From positions 15,570 to 79,569 of the IMG/VR virus record IMGVR_UViG_3300027976_000020: a stretch of DNA of 64,000 bases; one strand, written 5' to 3'. The notes beneath the pieces are model-generated. The model did not search any database, was not told the DNA's origin, and was given only the letters and a program-made list of their open reading frames with translations. Of this stretch, positions 20,796-30,209 are shown piece after piece. The DNA is from a virus. The stretch's first letter is position 1; every line of letters starts with the position of its first letter. The position numbers and the translations under genes are program-made.

Positions 20796-21694
20796 TGATT
20801 AAAACAACAATTCCTATATTATTCAGTGGTGGCAGTTATGGAACTTATCTCGAATGGGTATTGACTACGCTAACCACTGACTTAGAAATTGTTGCACCGT
20901 TTACCAGTGTGGGCAATAGTCATAAATTTAAAGGCAATCATCTTGTTAACATGAATGGATGGCACACTTACGTAAAAAACAACAACCCACTTAAATTTGT
21001 AAGATTTCATCCCAAAACATCTAAGAACGAATCTATAACAGACAATTTTGATTGTATTTTTAACTTGGTGAACAAAGCTGTATATTTGTATCCTGACCCA
21101 AAATCCGAATTATTGGTTATTAATAACTGGTTTACAAAGATTTGGAAAAATTGGTGGTTAAGCCAGCAGCTCAGCAAAGAAATTGATCCTACGTTAATCT
21201 ACAATAATTGGCCTGTTTTTCATAACTCTAATTTAGATGACCTGTCACCGTGGATCAAAAGAGAATTTTTAAGTTTTTACCTTATGCCAGCATGGCACGA
21301 TCAAGTTGAATATTACAACCCAGCAATCTTGCAAAATTATAATAATAATTGTTTGATTATAGATGTCACAAACTTGCTTTATAATTTTGAGTCCACGTTA
21401 AAAAATATACAAAACTTTTTCAATTTGACCTATATCAAATCTATTTCAGAAATTATGCCCTTGCATGCTGCAATGTTAAGTATACAAAGCCATCTTGACC
21501 AAGATATAATCTGTAATCAAATTATCAATAAAACTATCGAAGGTAGCAATTTTGATTGGCAACCGTTGCCCTTGCCCAGCGAAGGGTGGATTCAATGGCA
21601 GTTGAGAAATTTAAAGTATGAAATAGAATGTAATGAGCTTGACATATTCCCCACTAATAGTATACAATTGAAAAAACTACTTTACAAAACATGA
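20795..21694 (+). CDS. Hypothetical protein (AT-rich, possibly P-loop sulfotransferase-like)
   Basis: 299-aa ORF coupled to both neighbours; N-terminal FSGGSYGTYLEW resembles a 5'-PSB-type loop (weak). Confidence 0.5.
   Translation: MIKTTIPILFSGGSYGTYLEWVLTTLTTDLEIVAPFTSVGNSHKFKGNHLVNMNGWHTYVKNNNPLKFVRFHPKTSKNESITDNFDCIFNLVNKAVYLYPDPKSELLVINNWFTKIWKNWWLSQQLSKEIDPTLIYNNWPVFHNSNLDDLSPWIKREFLSFYLMPAWHDQVEYYNPAILQNYNNNCLIIDVTNLLYNFESTLKNIQNFFNLTYIKSISEIMPLHAAMLSIQSHLDQDIICNQIINKTIEGSNFDWQPLPLPSEGWIQWQLRNLKYEIECNELDIFPTNSIQLKKLLYKT
21639..21668 (+). promoter_or_regulatory. Putative sigma70 promoter for gp47, embedded in upstream ORF
   Basis: TTGACA-18 nt-TACAAT, ending 22 nt before ATG 21691. 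Confidence 0.45.
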
Positions 21695-22704
21695 ATCTAT
21701 TTAAAAAAGTTGCTGTTTGCACAGATATCCATTTTGGACTCAAGTCCAACAGTTTGGTTCACAATCAAGACTGCGAGCAGTTTATTGATTGGTTCATTGA
21801 AACAGCCAAGGCACAAGGTTGCGAAACTGGAATGTTTTTGGGCGACTGGCATCATCATCGTGCCAGTATCAATTTACAAACATTGAACTTTAGTTTGCGT
21901 AGTTTGGAAAAACTATCAGCAGCGTTTGAACGGTTTTTCTTTATTCCTGGCAATCACGATTTGTACTATCGTGACAAACGTGATATACACGGCGCTGAGT
22001 GGGCCAAGCATTTGCCCAACATCACAGTGTGTAACGACTGGTTCCAAGAGGGCGATGTGGTCATTGCTCCGTGGCTGGTTGGCGACGATCACAAACGTAT
22101 TCCCAAGATGAGTGCCAAATACATGTTTGGACATTTTGAACTTCCGCACTTCAAAATGAATGCCATGGTAGAAATGCCAGACCAAGGTGAAGTCAAGGTT
22201 GAAAGTTTTGGTGGTTTTGAAAGTGTGTATTCCGGACACTTCCATCTACGGCAGCAGAAAAAGAATATCAATTACATCGGCAACTGTTTCCCGCATAACT
22301 TTGCAGATGCAGGCGACAGCAATCGCGGTATGCTGGTCAAGGTGTGGGGCCAGGAAGACCAATACTTTTCATGGCCTGGGCAACCTTTGTATCGTGTTAT
22401 GAAACTAAGCAGTGTGATTGATCAAGCGCCCAAACTACTGGCTGCCAACATGCATGTACGAGTAGAATTGGATATTGATATCAGTTACGAAGAAGCAAAC
22501 TTTATCAAAGAAACATTTGTAAAAGATTACAACCTAAGAGAAATGGCCTTGATCAATGTAAAAAGCAGTGCTGTAGATGCTGATCTTGCGCCAGGCGATG
22601 TAACATTCGAAAGTGTAGATCAAATTGTCACTGATCAAATCACCAATATTGAATCAGAATTCTATGATCCAAAATTGTTGTTAAAAATCTATCAAAATTT
22701 ATGA
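21691..22704 (+). CDS. Recombination nuclease subunit (gp47/Mre11/SbcD-like)
   Basis: Metallophosphoesterase motifs DIHFG, LGDW, GNHD, GHFE, SGHFH. Confidence 0.93.
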   Translation: MNLFKKVAVCTDIHFGLKSNSLVHNQDCEQFIDWFIETAKAQGCETGMFLGDWHHHRASINLQTLNFSLRSLEKLSAAFERFFFIPGNHDLYYRDKRDIHGAEWAKHLPNITVCNDWFQEGDVVIAPWLVGDDHKRIPKMSAKYMFGHFELPHFKMNAMVEMPDQGEVKVESFGGFESVYSGHFHLRQQKKNINYIGNCFPHNFADAGDSNRGMLVKVWGQEDQYFSWPGQPLYRVMKLSSVIDQAPKLLAANMHVRVELDIDISYEEANFIKETFVKDYNLREMALINVKSSAVDADLAPGDVTFESVDQIVTDQITNIESEFYDPKLLLKIYQNL

Positions 22705-22755
22705 TCAAGATAGCAGTATGTTACATCATAAAACTACAGTAAAGTCACCCCTGTA

Positions 22756-23337
22756 ATGACTCAAACAAAGCAAAACCCATTAACAAGACTCTCCACTGAA
22801 GTAGTTGACATTGTACGTGAAAAATACAATGTGATCGGAATTATAGTCCTATCCGAGCACGATTTATATCCTGAAGAATTGGCAACTATATTGGTAAAAT
22901 ATTGCTCACATAATTTTTCCCATAATGACCGACTCATAGTGTTGCATGACGATACTGATTATTATCCAAATCTTAACTCAGTCGGAAACACTGTTTATAA
23001 TTTTTTTAGATTGTGTGCCAATTTTGATATTTCAGTAAATCATATATTATTTTTTACAAATCATTATAATATCGAAGAAGAAATAAAATCTGTAGCAAAG
23101 ACTGTTTGCAATTCAAATAACATTGCAGTAATCTGTACTTCTTTATGGGCTTATTATCCTTTAGACAACAACATTGATCAAACGCTGCTAGATGATAGTG
23201 TTACCACGTACGAAGCGTTGTATGCGTGTTTGAATGGCCAGTGCCGAGAACATAGATTGCTTACTTTATGCATGATGTCAGAGCACAGGTTGTTGGATCG
23301 TGGCGTTGGATCGTGGCGTTGTATCATATCATTTTAA
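22756..23337 (+). CDS. Hypothetical protein (C-terminus altered by a 13-bp duplication)
   Basis: 193-aa ORF with CLNG..R.HR motif near the C-terminus. Confidence 0.6.
   Translation: MTQTKQNPLTRLSTEVVDIVREKYNVIGIIVLSEHDLYPEELATILVKYCSHNFSHNDRLIVLHDDTDYYPNLNSVGNTVYNFFRLCANFDISVNHILFFTNHYNIEEEIKSVAKTVCNSNNIAVICTSLWAYYPLDNNIDQTLLDDSVTTYEALYACLNGQCREHRLLTLCMMSEHRLLDRGVGSWRCIISF
23292..23321. repeat. 13-bp exact tandem duplication (gttggatcgtggc x2 plus gttg)
   Basis: Copies at 23292-23304 and 23305-23317. Confidence 0.9.
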
Positions 23338-23347
23338 AAAGTAGTCC

Positions 23348-23905
23348 ATGTATCACGGTCCATTAAGAACTACAACACCGCCAGCAAGAATTAATGATGA
23401 TTTAATCTTAACCGAGCGGTTTCACGACATTATGTCGAAATATCAACACTTGTTCAGAGATAATAATTATCAACATCCATTGATTGTAGGTGGGTCAAAT
23501 CATTGGAACACTAAATTCAACGCAGATTTTTTAAAAAAAACGTTTGTTTATGTCATCACCGAAACGGTGTCCGAGTATCCTCACCGATACTTTAGTGAGA
23601 AAACATGGAAGGCCATGGTAACCGGTGTTCCCTTTATGATAGTAGGAAGCCAAAATAGTTTGCAAGAATTACAAAATTTTGGTTTTAAAACATTTAATAA
23701 ATGGTGGAGTGAACACTACGATACATTGCCAACTACCGTCGAAAGAATAGAATCATTAGTTATTGAATTAAAAACACTGTCTGAGTTGGACAATAAGACG
23801 CTGTTACAAATTAGATCAGAAATGCAGTCGACTATAAATCATAATTTTAATCAACTTAAAATTTTTAAAAATAAACAGCTTGACAACATACGAAATAAAA
23901 TATAA
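23348..23905 (+). CDS. Hypothetical protein, glycosyltransferase-like C-terminal module
   Basis: VITETV...YFSEKTWKAM..GVPFMIVG resembles the (T/S)EK motif of GT10-type folds. Confidence 0.5.
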   Translation: MYHGPLRTTTPPARINDDLILTERFHDIMSKYQHLFRDNNYQHPLIVGGSNHWNTKFNADFLKKTFVYVITETVSEYPHRYFSEKTWKAMVTGVPFMIVGSQNSLQELQNFGFKTFNKWWSEHYDTLPTTVERIESLVIELKTLSELDNKTLLQIRSEMQSTINHNFNQLKIFKNKQLDNIRNKI

Positions 23906-23913
23906 AATACAAG

Positions 23914-25995
23914 ATGATCCAAATTCGTAATCTTACTGTAAAAAACTTCATGAGCGTGGGCAATGCTACCCAGGCTATTGACTTTGACCGCAACGACCTG
24001 ACATTGGTACTAGGCGAAAATCTTGACATGGGTGGCGACGGAAGTCGCAACGGCACAGGCAAGACCACAATTATCAACGCACTTAGCTATGCGCTGTACG
24101 GGACAGCACTCAGCAATATCCGCAAGGATAACTTGGTCAACAAAACCAATGCTAAAAACATGATGGTCAGTTTGGACTTTGGAGTAGGTGGTAAAGAATA
24201 CAGAATTGAACGCGGTCGCAAACCCAATGTACTACGGTTCTACATAAACAATCAAGAACAAGAAGCAACAGACAACGCACAAGGTGACAGTCGCGAGACT
24301 CAGCAGGCCATTGAACGCACACTCGGACTCAGTCACGATATGTTCAAGCATATTTTGGCACTGAACACTTACACTGAACCGTTTTTGAGTTTGAGAGCCA
24401 ACGACCAAAGAACAATCATTGAGCAACTGCTGGGCATTACCCTGCTGAGTGAACGTGCTGATCGTATCAAAGAACTCAATCGCGAAACCAAGGACGGCAT
24501 TTCACAAGAAGAATTCCGTATTCGCGCTGTACAAGAAGCCAACAAACGAATTGAAGAACAAATTGACAGTTTGAAACGCAGACTAGCACTTTGGCAAAAA
24601 AAGCACAACGATGATCTGGCTTACTTGGTAAAGAAGCACGACCATCTTAAAGAAATTGATATTGATGTTGAATTGCAAGCACACAAAGATCTAGCAATTT
24701 GGAACACAGCAAAACAGCAACAAGATGCATATACTGCATTGCTTGCCAGGCAGACCACTTGGAAACAAAAGCAACTAAACGATGTTACTGATCTCAATGA
24801 TAGTTATGTCAAGCTCGGTTATATTGACATTGTTGCTGAATTACAGTCACATGTTGATGTAGCTGCATATGTTCAAAAGTCAAAAGACATTACTGAGCTG
24901 AAGTCACTGATTGCCAGATGCGAATCAGACGAAAAAAAGGAAACCAAAGTTGTTGCCAAGATCAAGGCAGAAATTGCAGATCTAACGGACCACAAGTGTT
25001 ATGCATGTGGTCAAGATTTTCACGACGCCAATTATGCTGCAGTAATGACTGCTAAAAATGCAGCACTACAAGAAGCGGCGTTGCAAGTACTTGCAACAAA
25101 CGGTCAATGGATAGAGCACACAGAGTCACTTGCTGTGCTAGGGCCATTGGGCAAATTGCCCACTACCCATTATAAAACACAAACTGAAGCAATTCGGCAT
25201 TCAGGCGATTTAAAAAATATCTATCAGCAGATCAACGCTCGGACAAATGAAGTAGATCCGTATGCTGATCAATTGATGGAACACTCTGGTGTGGTGCTGA
25301 GCACACAGCCAAAAACTCATTACGACACAGAAACAGAGGCAATTGATCATCGTAGTCAGTGCAACAACTATCTATACCAAATTGAAACTAAAAACAACGA
25401 TACTGATCCATATACTGAGCAGATTGAAGAAATGCAAGCACAAGCATTGCAGGAAGTCAGCTACGACACAGTTAACGAACTTACCCGACTACAAGAGCAT
25501 CAAGAGTTTTTGTTAAAGTTATTAACCAGCAAAGACAGTTTTATTCGTAAGAAGATCATTGAACAAAACCTAAGTTACTTAAATACAAGACTTACATATT
25601 ATCTTGATCGTATTGGGTTGCCGCACACTGTTGTGTTTCAAAATGATCTGAGCGTAAGTATCGAAGAATTAGGACGTGAATTAGACTTTGACAATTTGAG
25701 TCGTGGTGAACGCAATAGACTTATACTCAGTATGAGTTGGGCGTTCCGTGATGTGTACGAAAGTTTATACCAACCAATCAACGTGTTGTTTATTGACGAA
25801 ATGATTGATTCTGGCATGGACACACAAGGTGTCGAAAACAGTTTGGCATTGCTCAAGCACATGAGCCGAGAGCGTCACAAGAGCATCTGGCTAGTGAGTC
25901 ACAGAGACGAACTAGCAGGCCGTGTTGAGAACATTCTTAAAGTGGTCAAAGAAAACGGCTTTACCAGCTACAATACGTATGTCGAATTACCATAA
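23914..25995 (+). CDS. Recombination ATPase subunit (gp46/Rad50/SbcC-like)
   Basis: KNFMSVGN, Walker A NGTGKTT, CYAC zinc hook, LSRGE signature, Walker B LFIDE, VSH. Confidence 0.95.
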   Translation: MIQIRNLTVKNFMSVGNATQAIDFDRNDLTLVLGENLDMGGDGSRNGTGKTTIINALSYALYGTALSNIRKDNLVNKTNAKNMMVSLDFGVGGKEYRIERGRKPNVLRFYINNQEQEATDNAQGDSRETQQAIERTLGLSHDMFKHILALNTYTEPFLSLRANDQRTIIEQLLGITLLSERADRIKELNRETKDGISQEEFRIRAVQEANKRIEEQIDSLKRRLALWQKKHNDDLAYLVKKHDHLKEIDIDVELQAHKDLAIWNTAKQQQDAYTALLARQTTWKQKQLNDVTDLNDSYVKLGYIDIVAELQSHVDVAAYVQKSKDITELKSLIARCESDEKKETKVVAKIKAEIADLTDHKCYACGQDFHDANYAAVMTAKNAALQEAALQVLATNGQWIEHTESLAVLGPLGKLPTTHYKTQTEAIRHSGDLKNIYQQINARTNEVDPYADQLMEHSGVVLSTQPKTHYDTETEAIDHRSQCNNYLYQIETKNNDTDPYTEQIEEMQAQALQEVSYDTVNELTRLQEHQEFLLKLLTSKDSFIRKKIIEQNLSYLNTRLTYYLDRIGLPHTVVFQNDLSVSIEELGRELDFDNLSRGERNRLILSMSWAFRDVYESLYQPINVLFIDEMIDSGMDTQGVENSLALLKHMSRERHKSIWLVSHRDELAGRVENILKVVKENGFTSYNTYVELP

Positions 25996-25999
25996 CAAC

Positions 26000-27502
26000 A
26001 TGTCCGATGCAATAATTTTATCTGTTCCGCGTATGGCTGCAGTGCGGCCGGCTGCAGGTCCTGCTATCATTAAACAAATTTACAACCAACACGGCGTATC
26101 AAGCAAATGCCTGGATATCAATCTTGATTACTGGACAAGATTTCAACAAGAGTGCGATCTTGAAATTTGGAACAATATTGACGAGTTTTTGTTTATAAAA
26201 AATGCCAAGCTGAGCGCTGCTGCAGAACAAAAATTTAATGAGTTTATAGATCATTGGGTTACAATAATAAATCAATACAATCCTCGGCAATTATTAATCA
26301 GCGTGTTCAGCTGGCAAGCACAACAGTTTACTGAAAAATTCTTAGAAAAATTTAGATTGCAAAGCACCTGTGAAGTTATCATTGGCGGCCAAGGACTTAT
26401 TAGAGAAGAAAACGGAAGTTTTTCTCTTGTGCCTTCATTTGCTCATTATCTCAAAGATAAAAATCTAATTGACCATTGGATAAGAGGCGAGGCAGAATCT
26501 ACTATTCCTGAAATCATACGTGGGAATTATTCAGCAGCAGGAATTGACACTAATTTTCTAGCAGAAAGAAGCGACATCAAATCACATACAGCAATGGACT
26601 TTAGTGATTTTGATATTACTTCTTATAAGAATGGCACCGAGCACGGCGTATTACCCATCGAAAGTTCCAGAGGGTGTATTAGAAGTTGCATGTTTTGTGA
26701 TATTCCTACCATGCAAGGAGGATTTCGGGTCAAACCAGGATTACAACTTGCAAACGAAATGCTACAGTATTATGAAAAATACGGTGTTCGTACCTTCTTT
26801 TTTCATGATGCACTGTGCAACGGCAGTATGAAAGACTTTCGCATATTCAATCAGACATTAATAAATTATTACGAAGAAAAAGGATTGCCGGATCGTACAC
26901 TAAGTTATAGCAGTCATGCAATTGTACGAACACAGGCTGCTATGGCTCCAAAAGATTTTGAACTTATGGGCAGAGCGGGTGCCGAAACAATGGTGCTAGG
27001 AATCGAAAGCGGCAGTGATGCTGTACTTGCTAGTATGCGCAAAGGGTTTACACAAGAAGATTTAAACTACAATATTCAAGAATACAGTAAAAATAGTATT
27101 CAGGTATATTTTTTAATTATAACTGGATGGCCAACCGAAACTGAAAAAGATCATCAAGACACTGTGGATATGCTAACTCGCTATCAAAAGTATGTAGCGG
27201 ACGGAACTATCATTGGAGTTAATTTAGGTACCACACTCACTATCGAGCAAGGAACACCGTTATATGATAATCCATTGTCAATCAATGTTGTAGGAATTAA
27301 CAATCGTCCTCCGCAAGGAACCGAATGGGTATGCACTACCAACACTGAGCTAACTTATAAACGCAGAATCATGCGCAGAATAGAGATTCAAGAACACTGT
27401 CACAATCTTGGGTACACTTTCTGGAAGGGCGACGACCAACTCAAAATTATGATGGACAAATATCAAGAAAGACTATCCATGATACAGGGGATGATACATT
27501 GA
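26000..27502 (+). CDS. Radical SAM protein with N-terminal cobalamin-binding-like domain (class B-like)
   Basis: SRGCIRSCMFC CxxxCxxC motif, IIGG, FFFHDALCNG, GIESGS, GWPTET; start probably ATG 26000 (alternative 25979). Confidence 0.85.
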   Translation: MSDAIILSVPRMAAVRPAAGPAIIKQIYNQHGVSSKCLDINLDYWTRFQQECDLEIWNNIDEFLFIKNAKLSAAAEQKFNEFIDHWVTIINQYNPRQLLISVFSWQAQQFTEKFLEKFRLQSTCEVIIGGQGLIREENGSFSLVPSFAHYLKDKNLIDHWIRGEAESTIPEIIRGNYSAAGIDTNFLAERSDIKSHTAMDFSDFDITSYKNGTEHGVLPIESSRGCIRSCMFCDIPTMQGGFRVKPGLQLANEMLQYYEKYGVRTFFFHDALCNGSMKDFRIFNQTLINYYEEKGLPDRTLSYSSHAIVRTQAAMAPKDFELMGRAGAETMVLGIESGSDAVLASMRKGFTQEDLNYNIQEYSKNSIQVYFLIITGWPTETEKDHQDTVDMLTRYQKYVADGTIIGVNLGTTLTIEQGTPLYDNPLSINVVGINNRPPQGTEWVCTTNTELTYKRRIMRRIEIQEHCHNLGYTFWKGDDQLKIMMDKYQERLSMIQGMIH

Positions 27503-28014
27503 AAATCAACATTGCATTGAACGTTGAAAAACGACTAGGAGATCCGCTGATTAAAATAACAATCGATGACTACATGTTGTTGTACGAAGGAGCAGCTCGA
27601 GAACAATTTGAGTTTGATGTAATGCTAGAAGACGGCCATCATGAAATTAAAATCACACACTATGGTAAAACTATACATCACCATCAACTCGACGACAACG
27701 GAAAAATAGTAATTGACCGTCACGTGGAGATTTCAGGTATCACACTTGACGAAGTTGTGCTCAAAGACGAGCTGTGGTCTGGCAGATTTTTTCCAGTTTA
27801 TTTGCACAAAGCTGATCATGAGCCGTATTTTATATGTCCTAATTTATATCTTGGACACAACGGAACTTGGATCATGGAGTTTAGTACACCTGCTATTCAA
27901 TGGTTAATCAATCGCCGAAAGCCCGGGCTGGATTTAAATAATACCATTTTCAAATCCGGGCATGATGTTTTACTACAAATGAAAAGTAAATTTACGGATT
28001 TCCCTGATGTTTAA
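27499..28014 (+). CDS. Hypothetical protein in radical SAM cluster
   Basis: 171-aa ORF overlapping both neighbours. Confidence 0.65.
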   Translation: MKINIALNVEKRLGDPLIKITIDDYMLLYEGAAREQFEFDVMLEDGHHEIKITHYGKTIHHHQLDDNGKIVIDRHVEISGITLDEVVLKDELWSGRFFPVYLHKADHEPYFICPNLYLGHNGTWIMEFSTPAIQWLINRRKPGLDLNNTIFKSGHDVLLQMKSKFTDFPDV

Positions 28015-29122
28015 TTACAACATAATCGACGAGTACCAAATTGAGATCACCACATACTGCAATGCAGCGTGTCCCCAGTGTCCGAGAAATCTCAACGGGT
28101 ACGGTATCAATCCGCACATGCCGTTGACCCACTTGTCTAGAATTGCAATTGATACCACGTTTGATATTGCATTGTGTACTAGATTACGGCAAATATTTTT
28201 TTGCGGAAGTTACGGAGATCCTATTATGCATCCGGAGTTTCTTGATATATTAAGAGACTTTAGACGTAAGAATCCCACATTGTGGCTATACATACACACA
28301 AACGGCGGTGTACATAATACAGGCTACTGGTCCGAAATTGCTAAAATAATGAACGGCTATGGGCAAATTGATTTTGGCATCGATGGACTCGAAGACACTT
28401 TACATTTGTACAGAAAGAATGTAAAATACAGTAAGGTTATAGAGAACGCAAAAGCATTTATTGACGCTGGCGGGCGGGCACAATGGAATTTTATTGTGTT
28501 CAAACATAATCAGCATCAAGTTGAAGAAGTTAAACAACTAGGAAAAGAATTAAAGTTTTTTAATGTTTTGATTAGAAAAACAGGAAGATTCTTTAATCAT
28601 GCAACAGTAGAAGAAATGAAGACTTGGCCAGTCAAAGACGAATATGTGTTAGAACCGCCAAGTTTGCCAGAGTATCAAAATCAAAGCATGTTGTTTTTGC
28701 CTGATCTGAAAAAAGAATATAATGATATCAAAGAATATTTTGATACAACAGAAATAAAATGTGATGCGTTGCTTGGTAAAAAAGTTGCCATCAATGCAGA
28801 AGGATTAGTGCTACCATGTAATTTTCTCAATCATAATTTATACGATCGACGATTTTACGAAGACGAAGTATTACCCGGTGCTAATTCATTAAGCACTGTT
28901 AACGGTAAGAATCAAACACGCGAGTTTTTAGAATCGTATAATTTAGACAGTTTTGACATTAATAAAAACAGTTTAGAAAATATTTTTATCAATCCCATGT
29001 GGAATGATTTAGTTGCCAGTTGGAATAAAACATTATCGCAAGGCAGATTATTTGAGTGCGCAATGACATGCGGTTCAAAATTAACAAAAGTTTGGGATCA
29101 AGGAGGATCTATAAAATTATGA
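28007..29122 (+). CDS. Radical SAM protein with C-terminal SPASM/twitch-like cysteines
   Basis: CNAACPQC motif, CGSYGDP, HTNGG, GIDG; C-terminal C...INAEG.VLPC...CAMTCG. Confidence 0.88.
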   Translation: MFNYNIIDEYQIEITTYCNAACPQCPRNLNGYGINPHMPLTHLSRIAIDTTFDIALCTRLRQIFFCGSYGDPIMHPEFLDILRDFRRKNPTLWLYIHTNGGVHNTGYWSEIAKIMNGYGQIDFGIDGLEDTLHLYRKNVKYSKVIENAKAFIDAGGRAQWNFIVFKHNQHQVEEVKQLGKELKFFNVLIRKTGRFFNHATVEEMKTWPVKDEYVLEPPSLPEYQNQSMLFLPDLKKEYNDIKEYFDTTEIKCDALLGKKVAINAEGLVLPCNFLNHNLYDRRFYEDEVLPGANSLSTVNGKNQTREFLESYNLDSFDINKNSLENIFINPMWNDLVASWNKTLSQGRLFECAMTCGSKLTKVWDQGGSIKL

Positions 29123-29697
29123 AATATATGATAACAGGCGGCAATAGAGGACTAGGCGAAGCACTGTGTGCTCATTACAATGGTGACAGTTATAGTCGCA
29201 ACAGTGGTTACGACATTACCAAAGACCGAGAAAAATTAGTAGAGGCAAGTTTACAATACGATGTGTTTGTTAACAATGCGTTTGACGGACCTTTTCAAGA
29301 ATCGTGGGCCGACTTTGCACAAGTTAAATTATTGTTTGATGTTGCTACAGCATGGAAAAATGCCAACAAAATTGGCCACATCATCAACATTGGTAGCTCT
29401 GGAAGTGAATCTATTGTGGCACCGGCCCCTGCATGGGAAACTTACCGTGTCAGCAAAGCAGCCTTAAAACATCATAGTTTACAATGGACACAAGCGTTCA
29501 AAACAAACCAAGCACCGTTTAGAACAAGTCTAATCACATTGGATCGATTAGACACTGTACTAAGCCGTAGTCGTCCAAACTGGACAGGCAACGGTATTGA
29601 TTTGTCCGATGTGAGCAATATGATCGACACTTGCATTAGCGTAAAAAACAACACCTGCATAGGCGAAATTACTGCCTGGGTAAACTTTGACGCATAA
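29119..29697 (+). CDS. Short-chain dehydrogenase/reductase
   Basis: ITGGNRGLG, VFVNNA, IINIGS, YRVSK catalytic YxxxK; ATGA overlap with the rSAM stop. Confidence 0.88.
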   Translation: MKYMITGGNRGLGEALCAHYNGDSYSRNSGYDITKDREKLVEASLQYDVFVNNAFDGPFQESWADFAQVKLLFDVATAWKNANKIGHIINIGSSGSESIVAPAPAWETYRVSKAALKHHSLQWTQAFKTNQAPFRTSLITLDRLDTVLSRSRPNWTGNGIDLSDVSNMIDTCISVKNNTCIGEITAWVNFDA

Positions 29698-29772
29698 TCA
29701 CTAAAAATATAATACTAATTCATCAACAGGCATAACTATACAACATAACAGGCAACTCATCAAATAAAACAC

Positions 29773-30207
29773 ATGACATCATGGTACTATCAAAACATCT
29801 CAGTTGAGACATTACCCGAAGAATGTGTTGGATTTGTATACTTAATCACAAATAATCTCTCCGGACGCAAGTACATAGGCAAAAAATTAGCAAAGTTCTC
29901 AAAAACATCAGTAAAAGTAGTAAAACAAAAGAACGGCATCAAAAAGAAAAAGCGCATACGCACAAAAATCGACAGTGATTGGCGTGAGTACTACGGATCA
30001 AGTATTGATCTAGCCGCAGACATCTTAACTTTAGGCACCGAAAACTTCTCCAGAGAAATACTTTATTATTGCGCATCCAAGGCAGCATGTTCATACATTG
30101 AAGCCAGAGAACAGTTCAATAGAAAAGTATTGGAATCAGACGATTATTACAATGGACAAATCAGTGTACGTGTACACGGTAGTCACATCAAAAACAAAAC
30201 ACTTTAA
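29773..30207 (+). CDS. Stand-alone GIY-YIG nuclease-family protein
   Basis: GFVY.ITN....KYIG, YYGS, F.REIL, conserved Glu (YIE) and YYN; 144 aa with a Lys-rich insertion and no C-terminal DNA-binding repeats. Confidence 0.8.
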   Translation: MTSWYYQNISVETLPEECVGFVYLITNNLSGRKYIGKKLAKFSKTSVKVVKQKNGIKKKKRIRTKIDSDWREYYGSSIDLAADILTLGTENFSREILYYCASKAACSYIEAREQFNRKVLESDDYYNGQISVRVHGSHIKNKTL

Positions 30208-30209
30208 AT

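Noticed and set aside
23342-23344. Genome-wide TAG stop-codon reassignment
   Set aside because: Core genes are intact under the standard code, and TAG ends apparently complete genes (62773; 32647 on the minus strand); one case is insufficient.
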